59,917 nt of DNA from a virus (Duplodnaviria; Caudoviricetes): positions 1 through 59,917 of the IMG/VR virus record IMGVR_UViG_3300005613_004609; one strand, 5' to 3'. Every line of letters starts with the position of its first letter. The first letter of the stretch is position 1. A model generated the notes under the pieces. It saw only the letters and a program-made list of their open reading frames with translations, did not search any database and was not told where the DNA came from. Below, one piece after another: positions 38,173-48,604 of the stretch. Made by a program: the position numbers and the translations under genes.

Positions 38173-39093
38173 TTATCCTGAGAAATAATCACAATATTCA
38201 GGAGTTTCAGCTTTTCCATGAGGGCACAGAGTTGTAAAGAATTTATTCATATTGTCATATGCTTGCTGGACACTAAAAGTTTTACCATCCAGAATAGAAC
38301 AGACCTTACACGTTCTACGGTCATTTTGTGCTATAACCTGATACTCAGTAACACCATGAGTATGCGCCATTTGTATTCCAGTGTAAGCCCATGCTCTTCC
38401 TGCATAAACGTCAGAGACATTTTCAAAGTACTTTTCCGGAAGGTCCTTTATACCACGGATACGTTCCTTGAGAGCATGTTTTGTCAAGAGCCTTTCTTTC
38501 TCATCCATTTCTGTAATCTTAATCATTCGTTGTACTTCAGGGTGGAGAATCCTGTCAGGATATTCCTTTGTAAACGCAGCCACATGATCAGACAAGGCCT
38601 CAGTAGAATACTTATGCCAGGCATCCGTGGTTATCCCGTCAGCTTTCTTTTTCGCCTCTCGTATTTGTTTTTTCTGTTGTCTCCCAAAATAGTTCGAGGC
38701 CCTCTCTTGCGTTATTGCAAGCAATTGCAGAATTTTATCTTGCACGTCCTCCCAAACTTTAGTGCCAGAATTCCTATATTTTTTAAAGGCCTTTTCAATT
38801 TTCTTCGGATTAACAGAGATGTTACCAGTGAGAGTGAAAGAACTTATAATTTCTTTTGTGAGTTTTGAGAAGTGTTTTTTGAGTGCTTTCCTGAATATTC
38901 CAGTCATTAATTCAACTTCTGGATCATACATTGCCTGTCCCTTGACAGCCTTCAGAACATCAAAGGCCAGATCAAAATTATCTACCATCTTGACATGTCC
39001 GGTAAGTATCAAAAATGATAAATCAAAGGAATCCAGATCAAGAAGTTCCTCTTCTGTTGGTATAGTATCATTTAGACTTGTTTCAACCATCAA
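38173..39093 (-). CDS. MuF/SPP1 gp7-like head morphogenesis protein, N-terminal part
   Basis: GVTEYQVIAQNDRRTCKVCSILDGKTF; follows the portal gene; lacks the PPxHPxCRC motif. Confidence 0.8.
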   Translation of the reverse strand: MMVETSLNDTIPTEEELLDLDSFDLSFLILTGHVKMVDNFDLAFDVLKAVKGQAMYDPEVELMTGIFRKALKKHFSKLTKEIISSFTLTGNISVNPKKIEKAFKKYRNSGTKVWEDVQDKILQLLAITQERASNYFGRQQKKQIREAKKKADGITTDAWHKYSTEALSDHVAAFTKEYPDRILHPEVQRMIKITEMDEKERLLTKHALKERIRGIKDLPEKYFENVSDVYAGRAWAYTGIQMAHTHGVTEYQVIAQNDRRTCKVCSILDGKTFSVQQAYDNMNKFFTTLCPHGKAETPEYCDYFSG

Positions 39094-39192
39094 AATCCCT
39101 CGCCAGGCTACAAAAACAAGGCCAAGGCTGTCAGTTAGTATTCCTGGTATGGTTATATGTAGGTCAGTATAAGAAAATCGTAAGCAGGGCCT

Positions 39193-40929
39193 TTATAACT
39201 CCTCACCTACCCCATCCTCTCGCTCTACAGCGCTCTGAATTAACAACAATTTCTTATAAAGTTTCTTCTCTTCATCAGAGAACAGATTATTCCGGAGAAT
39301 CTTTTGAGGAAAGTATGGCACAGTGGCACCTTTCATTGCTACCGGTTTAGATTCCAAAAATTCTCCTTTAATAGGCTCGGGCTCAGGAGGCACTGCTGGT
39401 TTTTCAGCAATTTCCTCCAATCCCTTTACAGTTACACCAGACTCTAAGAGCTTAATAACAAGAGGCAGAGGATAATTCGCCCACACATTATCGTACTTAC
39501 TCATAGACATACCAAAGGATTCATTAGCCATATCTATTGCGTGATTTACTGTAAAAGCTCCAGATTTTGCGAAAGTCTCTACACCCTTAGCAACCTCCTC
39601 GGAGCCTACGATTCTTGGACCTTTAGATACAAAAGACCAGAGGTCAACCCCAAGTTCCGGTTTAACAATTCGGTTTTGAATTACCTCGTCAAATTCGCCT
39701 CTCTCAGGAATGAAAACCTGCTCTTCTCCGACACTTTTAGCAGCCTTACTTGTAGCAAGTGTAAATGTTTCAGTGGAGCCAACATATAAAGGAGGTAATC
39801 TAAATCTATGTCTGACATTCTTTTCAGTGGAGCCACTATATTTGTCAAACATCATATCCTCTTTTCGGAAGTCAGTAAGGTTTTTCAGTTCAACTTTTGC
39901 CCCACCTTTCTCTTCCAGGCCCAGGGATGCTGCCTCAGATTCAAGAATCAGAACTCGATTCCATTTACCGGCTCCACGAAGATCACGAATAATTTGTTTC
40001 AATTCTTTCATTGAGTCGTCAGTCAATTGTCCATTAGAGACAGTAACAGCCATTGGCGGGATTCCTTGACTCTCAAATAAATCCCAGTTTATATATCCTG
40101 CAGATCGTCTCCCAAGAACTTCCAGAATTGCTCCAATCCACCTTGGCAAGCCATAAGTCATACCACCAAAATTATACTTAAAATGTAGAATCTCGGAGGC
40201 ATCCCTACTTGTCCCCTTGACTGATTCAATGAACTTTCCAGTGGTAGAATCCATACCACGAGGATCACCAAACTCTTTAAACCATCGTAGTTTCTTACCG
40301 CCAGAGCTGATCTGACAAAATTTGTGAAAACGCTTGGCTACCTTAACATTTATTTCTTTCCCATCACGCATGAGCTTATAAGGAACAGTGGTAGCCGATT
40401 GATCGAGCAACGTCATTCTTATTTGCTTCATTGGCAAATAGTACATCATTTGTATTTCACCCTTACGATTTCGTACTACCTCCAAGACTCCGTTCCCTAA
40501 TACCTCATAGTCTTCACGCATCCTCTTTCTTATAGTAGTCAGGGATTCCCCATTTTCATTTACCTGGTCAAAGAGATTAGTTACTTTATTATACTGAGCT
40601 TTTGCCTCTTTTGTTTCTTTGCCTTTTATATCGTCACCAAGGAAGTTCAGAGTATAACCAAAACCATCGATATTTTGTTGCATAGCTTCAACGCACCCTT
40701 GTAATACATCACTCTCCTCATAGGCAAGATATAGTTGATTAAAGTTATACGGCGGTTCTAACAAGTTTTCGGCAGAGTAAAACCCAGTAAATGGGTCCTC
40801 CTCAACTCTCCTACTTCCAGCAAGAACTTCACCTGTAGAAGTACCAGATTCAATTTTAAAGACATTTGCTAACTCTGCCCGTAATCGCTCATGAGATTCC
40901 TTTTTAGTTTCATCTCTTTTAGTAGCCAT
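39193..40929 (-). CDS. portal protein (PBSX-like)
   Basis: EPPYN, DYEVLGNG.LEV.R, EILHF..YGLPRW, FRLPPLYVG. Confidence 0.9.
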   Translation of the reverse strand: MATKRDETKKESHERLRAELANVFKIESGTSTGEVLAGSRRVEEDPFTGFYSAENLLEPPYNFNQLYLAYEESDVLQGCVEAMQQNIDGFGYTLNFLGDDIKGKETKEAKAQYNKVTNLFDQVNENGESLTTIRKRMREDYEVLGNGVLEVVRNRKGEIQMMYYLPMKQIRMTLLDQSATTVPYKLMRDGKEINVKVAKRFHKFCQISSGGKKLRWFKEFGDPRGMDSTTGKFIESVKGTSRDASEILHFKYNFGGMTYGLPRWIGAILEVLGRRSAGYINWDLFESQGIPPMAVTVSNGQLTDDSMKELKQIIRDLRGAGKWNRVLILESEAASLGLEEKGGAKVELKNLTDFRKEDMMFDKYSGSTEKNVRHRFRLPPLYVGSTETFTLATSKAAKSVGEEQVFIPERGEFDEVIQNRIVKPELGVDLWSFVSKGPRIVGSEEVAKGVETFAKSGAFTVNHAIDMANESFGMSMSKYDNVWANYPLPLVIKLLESGVTVKGLEEIAEKPAVPPEPEPIKGEFLESKPVAMKGATVPYFPQKILRNNLFSDEEKKLYKKLLLIQSAVEREDGVGEEL

Positions 40930-40938
40930 AAGTTCCTC

Positions 40939-43488
40939 CTAAATTTCCAATACTTTCATTTCAGCAAGATTCTTACCGATCTTCGCATCTGATTTAAAAG
41001 GCACCTTAAATTTAATTCCAAAGTGTTTTTCCAGTGGGGGATTCTCCAGTTCGTGCCTAATTATTTTATCATACTTTTTTATAATTTTTTTATCATCCTT
41101 TATCTCAAAAACAAGTTCATCATGAATAAACAGACACATTGCAATCTCTCCAGGTACAAGCTTCTTCTTTCGGATCAATTCACTACCTGAGAGTAGAGTT
41201 GCGTCAGAGCTCGGAGAAGAAATCGGGTGATTCATAGCCTGTTTTTCCGCTCTTGCTTTCAATCCACCATCATGAGATGTAATTTCAGGCAGTCGTCTTC
41301 TTCGACCAAGTTGACTTTCAACGTAACCTTTTTTCTCACAAAAGTCAATTACTCTCCTGTGATACCTACGCAATGCAGGATAGGTATTAAAGAAGCTATC
41401 AATCCAGAAACCAGCTTCTCCGTCAGATAATTCTATACCATAATCCTTTTTTGCATACTTAATAAACCCCGGAAGAGTCATTCCATAGATCAGGCCAAAA
41501 TCCGCGACTTTTGCATTCCTACGTGCAATATCTCTCTCTTCCTTAGTCAATTTATCCCAGTTCTTTTGAACCAAAGACTTTGCAGTGTTAAGATGGATAT
41601 CCTCGTCATTTTTATACACTGCAATCATCGCCTTGTCTTGGGATTCATGAGCCATCCAACGAAGTTCCGCTTGACTCATATCATAAGCCACCAAGACGTT
41701 TCCCTCTGAAGCACGTATCAGAGAACGTACAATTGCTGCTCCAGTGGACCTCTTAGGATTATTCTGCATATTAGGACTACTTGAAGATGATCTACCATTT
41801 ACAGCCGTGGTCAGAGAATAAGAGGAATGGATTCTGCCATCCGACCGAACATGTTTTGCGAATCCTTTTAGATAACGAGTAAAGAGTGTGTGTAGTTCCA
41901 TCCATTTCCCATATTCCTCCAGGAAGGCATAGGCCTTTTTAGGAATACGGCTCTCCATAAGAGCGGACCTTGACTCAGCATCAACGCTTGGCCGTTTGGC
42001 CTTTGACATTTTCACAGGTTTAAGATTAAACCATTTCTCCCCAAAAAGAGCGTCCTGAACAATAGCTTCTCTTCGTGTGAGTGCTATTTTCCCAGTATGT
42101 TCAGTTTTGAAGGTACGTGGCAGACAGGCAAAAGCCGCCCTCTCATGTATCTTCATTTTCTTCTCAACTTCGTCCGAAGCAGAGGGGAGCCTCCCAAGAT
42201 CAACTTCGACTCCATTTTTTTCCAGAGTGTACAAGGTATTTTTCAATGCTGGCATAACATATCTAACAAAATATCGAGCCAGTGTTTTCTCCTCAAGTAA
42301 TTTCCTTCCTAATACTTCACCTATTGCATATGTAACCATTGCATCCTTTGCTGCATAAGGAGTCAGCGCATCGTCAGGTAATCCCAGGATACCTTCATAT
42401 CCAAAGTTCTTAATAAATTCACTTTTATAGTTAGGGTCAAAGTTTGTAAAGGCAGACTGTAATTCCTCAAGGCTTGCCATTTTAAAAACATTCTCCTCCA
42501 GGACATGAGCTGCAGCTTGTATATCCATAATATAGTTTCTAACAGGGACTTCCTCTCCAAGTTCCCTCATAAATAAAGAGTCGAATGCATGCAGATCATA
42601 GTTACCATTCATCATGACTATTTTAGTTTTACCCTCAAGCAGATGTTTCAGGTCCTTCAATTTTTTCTTGAAGTTGGAATCACGTTTCACATACACCACT
42701 TCCTTCTCAGGATTCAGAATGGTAAAGTCATGATCTTCCTCAGTTCCTGTCCTATAAAGTCTAACCTGATAACCCTTTTTATCACTTGCGGCCACAGAGT
42801 ACGACACCAAGACAAAGTGAGGAGACACCCAGTCTAACCCTTGTGTTTCAGTATCAATAGCAACCTTTCTTGGAATTACACCCAGGGAGGCTTTAATGTC
42901 GTCAGTCTGAATACATTCCACAGAGTCAGATTCATGTGACTCCTGTTCATACCCATTATCACAGAAGGACTTAACTTTTTGCAGGTCTCTAAGTAGGACT
43001 TCCTCAAGTGCCATATTTCTGCATATATATCCTGGGTGGTAAGTTGGAAACACCCAACAATTAAACTCTTTACTCCAAACCCATTTTCCTCTTGCCTTTT
43101 TGATACCGCTTTTCCTCAAGATTTGTCGAAGTGCAAGATCACCCAGTACCACAACAACCTTCGGTTTTACCAGATTGATTGCAGCAACCACTTTTGGTCT
43201 ACAACTGGCAAGGATAGAAGTAATTTGTTTTCCGGATAGTTTTTTCTTATCTATCATACATCTTGCGGCGTTCATCAGAAATAAAGAATCCCACTGAATA
43301 CCAGAAAGAGAGGTGACTTTCCTTAATTCACTTCCTGCGGGAGCATGGGAATAGAACGGAGTACGTTTCTTAAGCTCTTGAGCTCCAGGACTTTCCCCCA
43401 CATAAATAACCTCAGCTTCAGTATTACCAGCATAAGGCAATTCTCTCTTTCCATTCAAGAGACAATTTTTATTAGAACATTTTTTCAT
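40939..43488 (-). CDS. polA: family A DNA polymerase with N-terminal family-4 uracil-DNA glycosylase domain and 3'-5' exonuclease
   Basis: VGESPG..E and TYHPG (UDG); DTET (exonuclease); DMSQAELR, AK...FGLIYG, IHDEL (polymerase). Confidence 0.92.
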   Translation of the reverse strand: MKKCSNKNCLLNGKRELPYAGNTEAEVIYVGESPGAQELKKRTPFYSHAPAGSELRKVTSLSGIQWDSLFLMNAARCMIDKKKLSGKQITSILASCRPKVVAAINLVKPKVVVVLGDLALRQILRKSGIKKARGKWVWSKEFNCWVFPTYHPGYICRNMALEEVLLRDLQKVKSFCDNGYEQESHESDSVECIQTDDIKASLGVIPRKVAIDTETQGLDWVSPHFVLVSYSVAASDKKGYQVRLYRTGTEEDHDFTILNPEKEVVYVKRDSNFKKKLKDLKHLLEGKTKIVMMNGNYDLHAFDSLFMRELGEEVPVRNYIMDIQAAAHVLEENVFKMASLEELQSAFTNFDPNYKSEFIKNFGYEGILGLPDDALTPYAAKDAMVTYAIGEVLGRKLLEEKTLARYFVRYVMPALKNTLYTLEKNGVEVDLGRLPSASDEVEKKMKIHERAAFACLPRTFKTEHTGKIALTRREAIVQDALFGEKWFNLKPVKMSKAKRPSVDAESRSALMESRIPKKAYAFLEEYGKWMELHTLFTRYLKGFAKHVRSDGRIHSSYSLTTAVNGRSSSSSPNMQNNPKRSTGAAIVRSLIRASEGNVLVAYDMSQAELRWMAHESQDKAMIAVYKNDEDIHLNTAKSLVQKNWDKLTKEERDIARRNAKVADFGLIYGMTLPGFIKYAKKDYGIELSDGEAGFWIDSFFNTYPALRRYHRRVIDFCEKKGYVESQLGRRRRLPEITSHDGGLKARAEKQAMNHPISSPSSDATLLSGSELIRKKKLVPGEIAMCLFIHDELVFEIKDDKKIIKKYDKIIRHELENPPLEKHFGIKFKVPFKSDAKIGKNLAEMKVLEI

Positions 43489-44197
43489 ATATAGCCTCCG
43501 GTTCTTGATTAGCAGGAACTCTAAAAGGCATCACAAATGCCTTGGTATTCTTTTTCTCATAAGGTTCTTCTCGCACATGAATTAAGTTTCCCGAGGATTG
43601 AGTAAAGAATTTTGGCTCCTTGACAACATAAAGTATAAAGTCATAATACATTTCTTGGATAGTCGTATGAGAGCCGTCCTCATTTTTGAGCCAGATTAGG
43701 CCAGGCTTGATCATACTAATAAGTTGATATACAACAGGGGAAGCTTCCTGAAAGTCACCCGAGAGCCACTCTCTCATAATATCCTGTAATAAAGTTTTGC
43801 CTCTTTTTGACTCGGGATCAGCAAAGGGAAGAAATGTAATACCAGGCACAGGCTTTCTCAGAAAAACTGCCAGGTCTTTATTAGTGTACAGTTTTCTCTT
43901 ACCGTTAATTACATACCATTGTTTATGAGGGAATTTATTAAAGATAGCTGAGTGGTCTGTGTGGGTACGTCTTTCCACAGGGATGCCTTTTGAAAGAACT
44001 TTCAAACGCTCATTTATTATCTCGATGCTTTTAAGCCCTTTAGCAGTAAGCACACCTGTGGAAGTTGTAAGTTTAGCTTTTACAAGTCGATCTCTTGAGG
44101 TGGCATCCTCCATAATACGCCAACTGTTGAAATCTAAGCGGTTAGTTGTCGGGTCATATTGAGACAGAGCCACAAGGTCTTGATATTCTACCAGCAT
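43472..44197 (-). CDS. hypothetical protein
   Basis: AGGAGGT SD; promoter upstream; ends with AFVMPFR. Confidence 0.65.
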   Translation of the reverse strand: MLVEYQDLVALSQYDPTTNRLDFNSWRIMEDATSRDRLVKAKLTTSTGVLTAKGLKSIEIINERLKVLSKGIPVERRTHTDHSAIFNKFPHKQWYVINGKRKLYTNKDLAVFLRKPVPGITFLPFADPESKRGKTLLQDIMREWLSGDFQEASPVVYQLISMIKPGLIWLKNEDGSHTTIQEMYYDFILYVVKEPKFFTQSSGNLIHVREEPYEKKNTKAFVMPFRVPANQEPEAIYEKMF

Positions 44198-44229
44198 ATT
44201 ACCTCCTATGTTTGTTAATAGATAAGAGT

Positions 44230-44258
44230 ATAATATAACAGGGCAGATTTTTTGTCAA
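44230..44258 (-). promoter_or_regulatory. sigma70-type promoter TTGACA-17-TATTAT
   Basis: Consensus -35 with 17-nt spacer. Confidence 0.75.
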
Positions 44259-44260
44259 GT

Positions 44261-44812
44261 TTACTCCTTTGGATTCATAGCCATAAGTTTCGTCTTATCA
44301 TTTGAACTTTTAGAGGAGCCAAAGAAATACTGTATCACAGCGCCAAAAGCTGTCGCTAAAGTTCCAAATAACATAAACAAAATTTGATTCTGGCTGGTTG
44401 GAACTGGACGAACCATCAAGACACCACATAAAGCAAAGAAGCCGAGCACCATAAGCCAGGCCAACAGGTACAAATTAACATCCCTTTTACCTGTAACCTT
44501 TGCAATCTCAATCTCTCTGCTTCGAGCAGATGCTCTATCCTGCAGATATGCTTGCTCCTGAGTCAACAATAGTTTCTGTAACTCAACAGAATTATTAGAT
44601 TCGAGTTCCCTTAAAGCCATTACAGCTTGTGGGTCCGCTATGACCTCCATCATCTTATCAGGGGTAAGATCACCATCACCTATATTTAGAGCGGAAGATA
44701 ATAAAGAACTAACCCCCACGGCTAAAGTTCCACCGGCAGGACCTCCAACAATCGCTCCAAGGAGAGGGAGGCCTTTACTGATAAGAGTTGAACCTATATT
44801 TTTCCAGTCCAT
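44261..44812 (-). CDS. holin-like membrane protein
   Basis: DRASARSRE, two C-terminal TM helices, YFFGSS. Confidence 0.7.
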   Translation of the reverse strand: MDWKNIGSTLISKGLPLLGAIVGGPAGGTLAVGVSSLLSSALNIGDGDLTPDKMMEVIADPQAVMALRELESNNSVELQKLLLTQEQAYLQDRASARSREIEIAKVTGKRDVNLYLLAWLMVLGFFALCGVLMVRPVPTSQNQILFMLFGTLATAFGAVIQYFFGSSKSSNDKTKLMAMNPKE

Positions 44813-44818
44813 ATTATA

Positions 44819-45025
44819 TTACCCTCCATCTATAATATTCTTGGCCTTCTCAATAATTTCGCCGGCTTCTGCCTTTGTAATTTTTCCGTCCTTTAAGGAC
44901 TTGCCAACAGTGGACAGAGTATCCTTTAGGTTAGCCATAACCTTTCTCTTTTTAAGCCACTTGTAAATTGTGACTATAGCATAGAGCACCAAGATTGCTA
45001 TGATTATATTAGTTGTCGTGATCAT
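44819..45025 (-). CDS. small single-TM protein
   Basis: GGAGG SD; hydrophobic N-terminus. Confidence 0.6.
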   Translation of the reverse strand: MITTTNIIIAILVLYAIVTIYKWLKKRKVMANLKDTLSTVGKSLKDGKITKAEAGEIIEKAKNIIDGG

Positions 45026-45072
45026 GTTTCCCTCCATTGTAAAAGATTTAAAATTGCAAGCGATTGCAGAAT

Positions 45073-46038
45073 TTATCTTGATTGCTGCGCTATCCAATCT
45101 TCGATACTTATAACTTGTTTTTCTTCAATAAGATTCCTATGAGTCTCACAGGTGTCAAGCACATCATTCAAGATATTATAAAGCACACGCTTACTGCCCT
45201 TTCTATTATCGATAAATCTTCGTGCTAAGTCAACCCCTCCAAAGATATAATTTGCAATAGTTCGATTCCTTACATAGTCATCTCCATTCCAGTGATACCC
45301 TCTCTTATCTCCATGGTGACAAAGTTGTTTCCCAGGAAATATATTTACAGTCTTTCCAAGGACAGCCAACGTAAAGTTTATGAAATTCTCTCCACCTCCA
45401 TATATACCTAACTGTACCGGCCAACCTCCAAGTTCAATAAAAAGATCTCGTGTCATCATCATACCACAAGTAGACATACAAGGAACCCTGTAGGGCTCTT
45501 CAGCCACCCTATACCCAGTAAAGGAATAGTGAACCTCTCCTCTTTCCAAAGCAGTCACCAATTTATAAATTAATCGATGCGACTCCATTATATGATAAGA
45601 GAGAGGCAGGTGTAACGTCCCATTCAACTCCTCATAATGTTCCTTATAATAATTATACATATTGAATAAAGAATCACGTCTTACTGCAACGTGTGCATCA
45701 CAAAACCACAAAAATTTACCGGTAGAGTGAGCCACAGCATAATTCTTAGACTGCCAATGTGAAAGTTTCTCCTCATAGTGTAAAGATCTAAGCCAAGGAT
45801 ATCCTTTCTGAAGTGCATCGAGATGTTCTCCGGTACGATCCCTCCTTGCACCACTCTTCTTAATTTGTTCTTCCAGTTCAGGGCACCAATTATCAACAGC
45901 CAATATTTCATAGTCGACTCTCCCCTCCAACTCCTCCATTACCGACCGGATAGTAAAGACCGACATCGGCCACTCCTGAGCGTAAGGAATGATCACAGAC
46001 AATCTCTCATTTTTTTCAGTAACACCATCCTGACTCAT
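45073..46038 (-). CDS. GT-A (family 2) glycosyltransferase
   Basis: LSVIIP, AVDN, FCDAH, YGGGE. Confidence 0.85.
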   Translation of the reverse strand: MSQDGVTEKNERLSVIIPYAQEWPMSVFTIRSVMEELEGRVDYEILAVDNWCPELEEQIKKSGARRDRTGEHLDALQKGYPWLRSLHYEEKLSHWQSKNYAVAHSTGKFLWFCDAHVAVRRDSLFNMYNYYKEHYEELNGTLHLPLSYHIMESHRLIYKLVTALERGEVHYSFTGYRVAEEPYRVPCMSTCGMMMTRDLFIELGGWPVQLGIYGGGENFINFTLAVLGKTVNIFPGKQLCHHGDKRGYHWNGDDYVRNRTIANYIFGGVDLARRFIDNRKGSKRVLYNILNDVLDTCETHRNLIEEKQVISIEDWIAQQSR

Positions 46039-46445
46039 ATTACACCTCCCTTAAAACCTCTAACTTTTAATAATATGTCTTTAAAAGTGGGAAAATCAGC
46101 CACAAGTTCCGGAGCACCGGCAGCTACATCCTCCATTTTTATAGACGCAAAATATACCAGGCCAGCAGTGATAGTTCTAACTTGTTTACCTCTGCAGGCC
46201 GCCCTTATTCTAAACAGTTCCTCAACGAATCCAGTAGACATTTTATTATAGCCGTAGTAGTCAATAACCATTATTCTCTCAGCCTTGAAAGTGAGACCAA
46301 GCAGTTCAGCAAATTTAGTTTTCGACAACCTGCCAGACCTCACCGGAATTTCCGCAGTCCTGCAGAGAGTAGAACAGGCATTAACAATAAATTTCTGTTC
46401 AAAGGAAACAAGATATTCCTTAAAATCAACCATTCGAAAACTCAC
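46035..46445 (-). CDS. hypothetical protein
   Basis: ORF within the island. Confidence 0.55.
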   Translation of the reverse strand: MSFRMVDFKEYLVSFEQKFIVNACSTLCRTAEIPVRSGRLSKTKFAELLGLTFKAERIMVIDYYGYNKMSTGFVEELFRIRAACRGKQVRTITAGLVYFASIKMEDVAAGAPELVADFPTFKDILLKVRGFKGGVI

Positions 46446-47424
46446 TATATACCTGTTTCCAAAGTCTATTAGCTGTAGCTGCCATACTATGATTATTAAC
46501 CACCCATTCCCTCGTCTCTCTTTTAGTCCTTTCTATCTGAGAGTCAGACATTTTAAGAAGGGTGCGCAAGGTATGAAACAATTGTTTAGGATTATTTGCT
46601 ATCCTTAAAGCATTCGCGCCATACTCTTCTTCATAAGTTCTCTTAGCGAGAGAGTTGGTAACTACAATCTTCCCCAGGGCAGCCGATTCCAGAGCAGAAT
46701 TTCCCCATTCTCCAAAAACCTTTGTTCCTTGCCAGGCATTACATGTTTCAATAATAATATCGCAATTCCTGATCCTATGAAGATGTTTTTCCCAGGGCAA
46801 AGTCTCTGCAGTGTCAGAATTGCATCCCACATATTCAAAACGGTCTCGAAGTTCAGAAATCCCTTGAAGTCTCTGAATAGTATCACGTATTGCTTGAGTC
46901 CCTTTCACCGTTGTATTAGAGGGAAAGTGTCCTACCAATAACTTGTTACTTCTCCTCCCAAAATCAGGAGTCAATTTTTTAGTATCAACCGGATAATAAA
47001 TCAGCTTTTCGTTTTTGGCGCCAAGCTTTAACAGGTCCGGGCATTGAATAATCGTCTTATCAACAATAGGATTAAAAAAGTTGTTTAATTCGATAAAGTT
47101 TTGCCGGTACAAACTTCCACCATGCTGAACTATGACTCTTTTACCATGCAACCAAACACCAGAGTCCACAAAGGTACTCGCAATGAAATGGATCACATCA
47201 GCTTTTTCAACCTCTCTTTGCAGAGCAGGTGCATAAACAGTCTGTACTTTACCATACATTTTCCTATGATATAAAGACGGGTGAAGTTGCCCTTGCTCAG
47301 GATAAGAGAAGTGATGCCTTCTTCCTTTATAATAAGTGACATCAAGACCTAACATCTCAAGACACTTTGAGAACCGCCATCCAGTATTAGCCCAGTCTGC
47401 CCAGGCAAGCATAAGAACTTTCAT
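46426..47424 (-). CDS. GT-B glycosyltransferase
   Basis: HFPS...KGT, WGNSALESAALGK. Confidence 0.8.
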   Translation of the reverse strand: MKVLMLAWADWANTGWRFSKCLEMLGLDVTYYKGRRHHFSYPEQGQLHPSLYHRKMYGKVQTVYAPALQREVEKADVIHFIASTFVDSGVWLHGKRVIVQHGGSLYRQNFIELNNFFNPIVDKTIIQCPDLLKLGAKNEKLIYYPVDTKKLTPDFGRRSNKLLVGHFPSNTTVKGTQAIRDTIQRLQGISELRDRFEYVGCNSDTAETLPWEKHLHRIRNCDIIIETCNAWQGTKVFGEWGNSALESAALGKIVVTNSLAKRTYEEEYGANALRIANNPKQLFHTLRTLLKMSDSQIERTKRETREWVVNNHSMAATANRLWKQVYSEFSNG

Positions 47425-47684
47425 CGGCCCCTCCTTCGCATTTCTTGTTTCTCACTCATATTTTTATTCTTCTTGAACATTCCATCAGCCCATTTTCTAT
47501 TATACTCAAACAGTTTGTCATTCATTCTTTTGGCCATATTATAGGCCTCCTCTAACAATGAAATCATTTTATCTCTATCCTTACTAAAGTCTTCTTTTCT
47601 TAAGTGGTCAAGTATCTCACGATGGACCTCACAAATAGTCCTCTTTCCACTTACATAAGGAGTTTTTAAATCGGGATGCGCCAT
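47421..47684 (-). CDS. hypothetical protein
   Basis: GAGGT SD. Confidence 0.6.
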   Translation of the reverse strand: MAHPDLKTPYVSGKRTICEVHREILDHLRKEDFSKDRDKMISLLEEAYNMAKRMNDKLFEYNRKWADGMFKKNKNMSEKQEMRRRGR

Positions 47685-47686
47685 AA

Positions 47687-48604
47687 TTACCTCATAAGTT
47701 TTGCCACACCATCTTCGATGCTTACATCAAATACAAATCCTAACTTCTCTATTTCATCACTATTAGTATAAAATTCATAAATTTCTCCAGGCTTCTCCGG
47801 AAGGTGTATCTTCTTTTCTTCTCTGCCCATTATTCTGTGCATCATAACAGACAATTCATTAATAGAGATACAACGTTTAGGAATTATGTTATATATTTTT
47901 CTGCTCATGCTTTCATTTTCTGCAGCCATTAAATTGACTTTTACTATATCATCAACACTCGTAAAGTGTCTAAGTTGCTTTCCATTGCCATATATAGTAG
48001 TAGGCCTATTCTCTAAGATCTGTTTCATAAATATTGGTATAACTCCACCACGTAGACTATTATCTTGTCTTGATCCGTAGACGTGATAATATCGTAAAGT
48101 TACGTAATCAAAGGCAGGATAATAAAGATTCATAAGTCTTAAATAACTTTCACCTGCATACTTACTCAGTCCATAATAGGATTTAGGAATACCACCAAGA
48201 ACAGAACCAGAGGAAGCGTGAATTACCCGCCGTACCCTTGCAGAATAAGCGCACTCAAATACATTCAAGGCACCCCATCCATTAACCATCAAGTCTTTCT
48301 TAGGGTCTATTCTACAGACAGTAAATTTTGAGGCCGCCTCATGAAATACTACATCCACACCTTCGAAATTTCTTGGATATAAATCGCGTATATCAATCTT
48401 AAGAAAAGAGAATTTTGGATCATGAAGATGTCTCTCTATATTCTCCATTTTACCATTCACCAAATTATCTACACAAACTACCTCTTTATCTTGAGCTATC
48501 AAAGCATCACATATGTGACTGCCAATAAATCCCGCTCCCCCAGTTACCAGAAATTTATTCCCCTTTAGTTTTATCATTTTCTTTACCCTCCAGTTTTCTC
48601 CCAA
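47687..48604 (-). CDS. NAD-dependent nucleotide-sugar epimerase/dehydratase
   Basis: TGGAGFIGSH, YGLSK. Confidence 0.9.
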   Translation of the reverse strand: MGENWRVKKMIKLKGNKFLVTGGAGFIGSHICDALIAQDKEVVCVDNLVNGKMENIERHLHDPKFSFLKIDIRDLYPRNFEGVDVVFHEAASKFTVCRIDPKKDLMVNGWGALNVFECAYSARVRRVIHASSGSVLGGIPKSYYGLSKYAGESYLRLMNLYYPAFDYVTLRYYHVYGSRQDNSLRGGVIPIFMKQILENRPTTIYGNGKQLRHFTSVDDIVKVNLMAAENESMSRKIYNIIPKRCISINELSVMMHRIMGREEKKIHLPEKPGEIYEFYTNSDEIEKLGFVFDVSIEDGVAKLMR

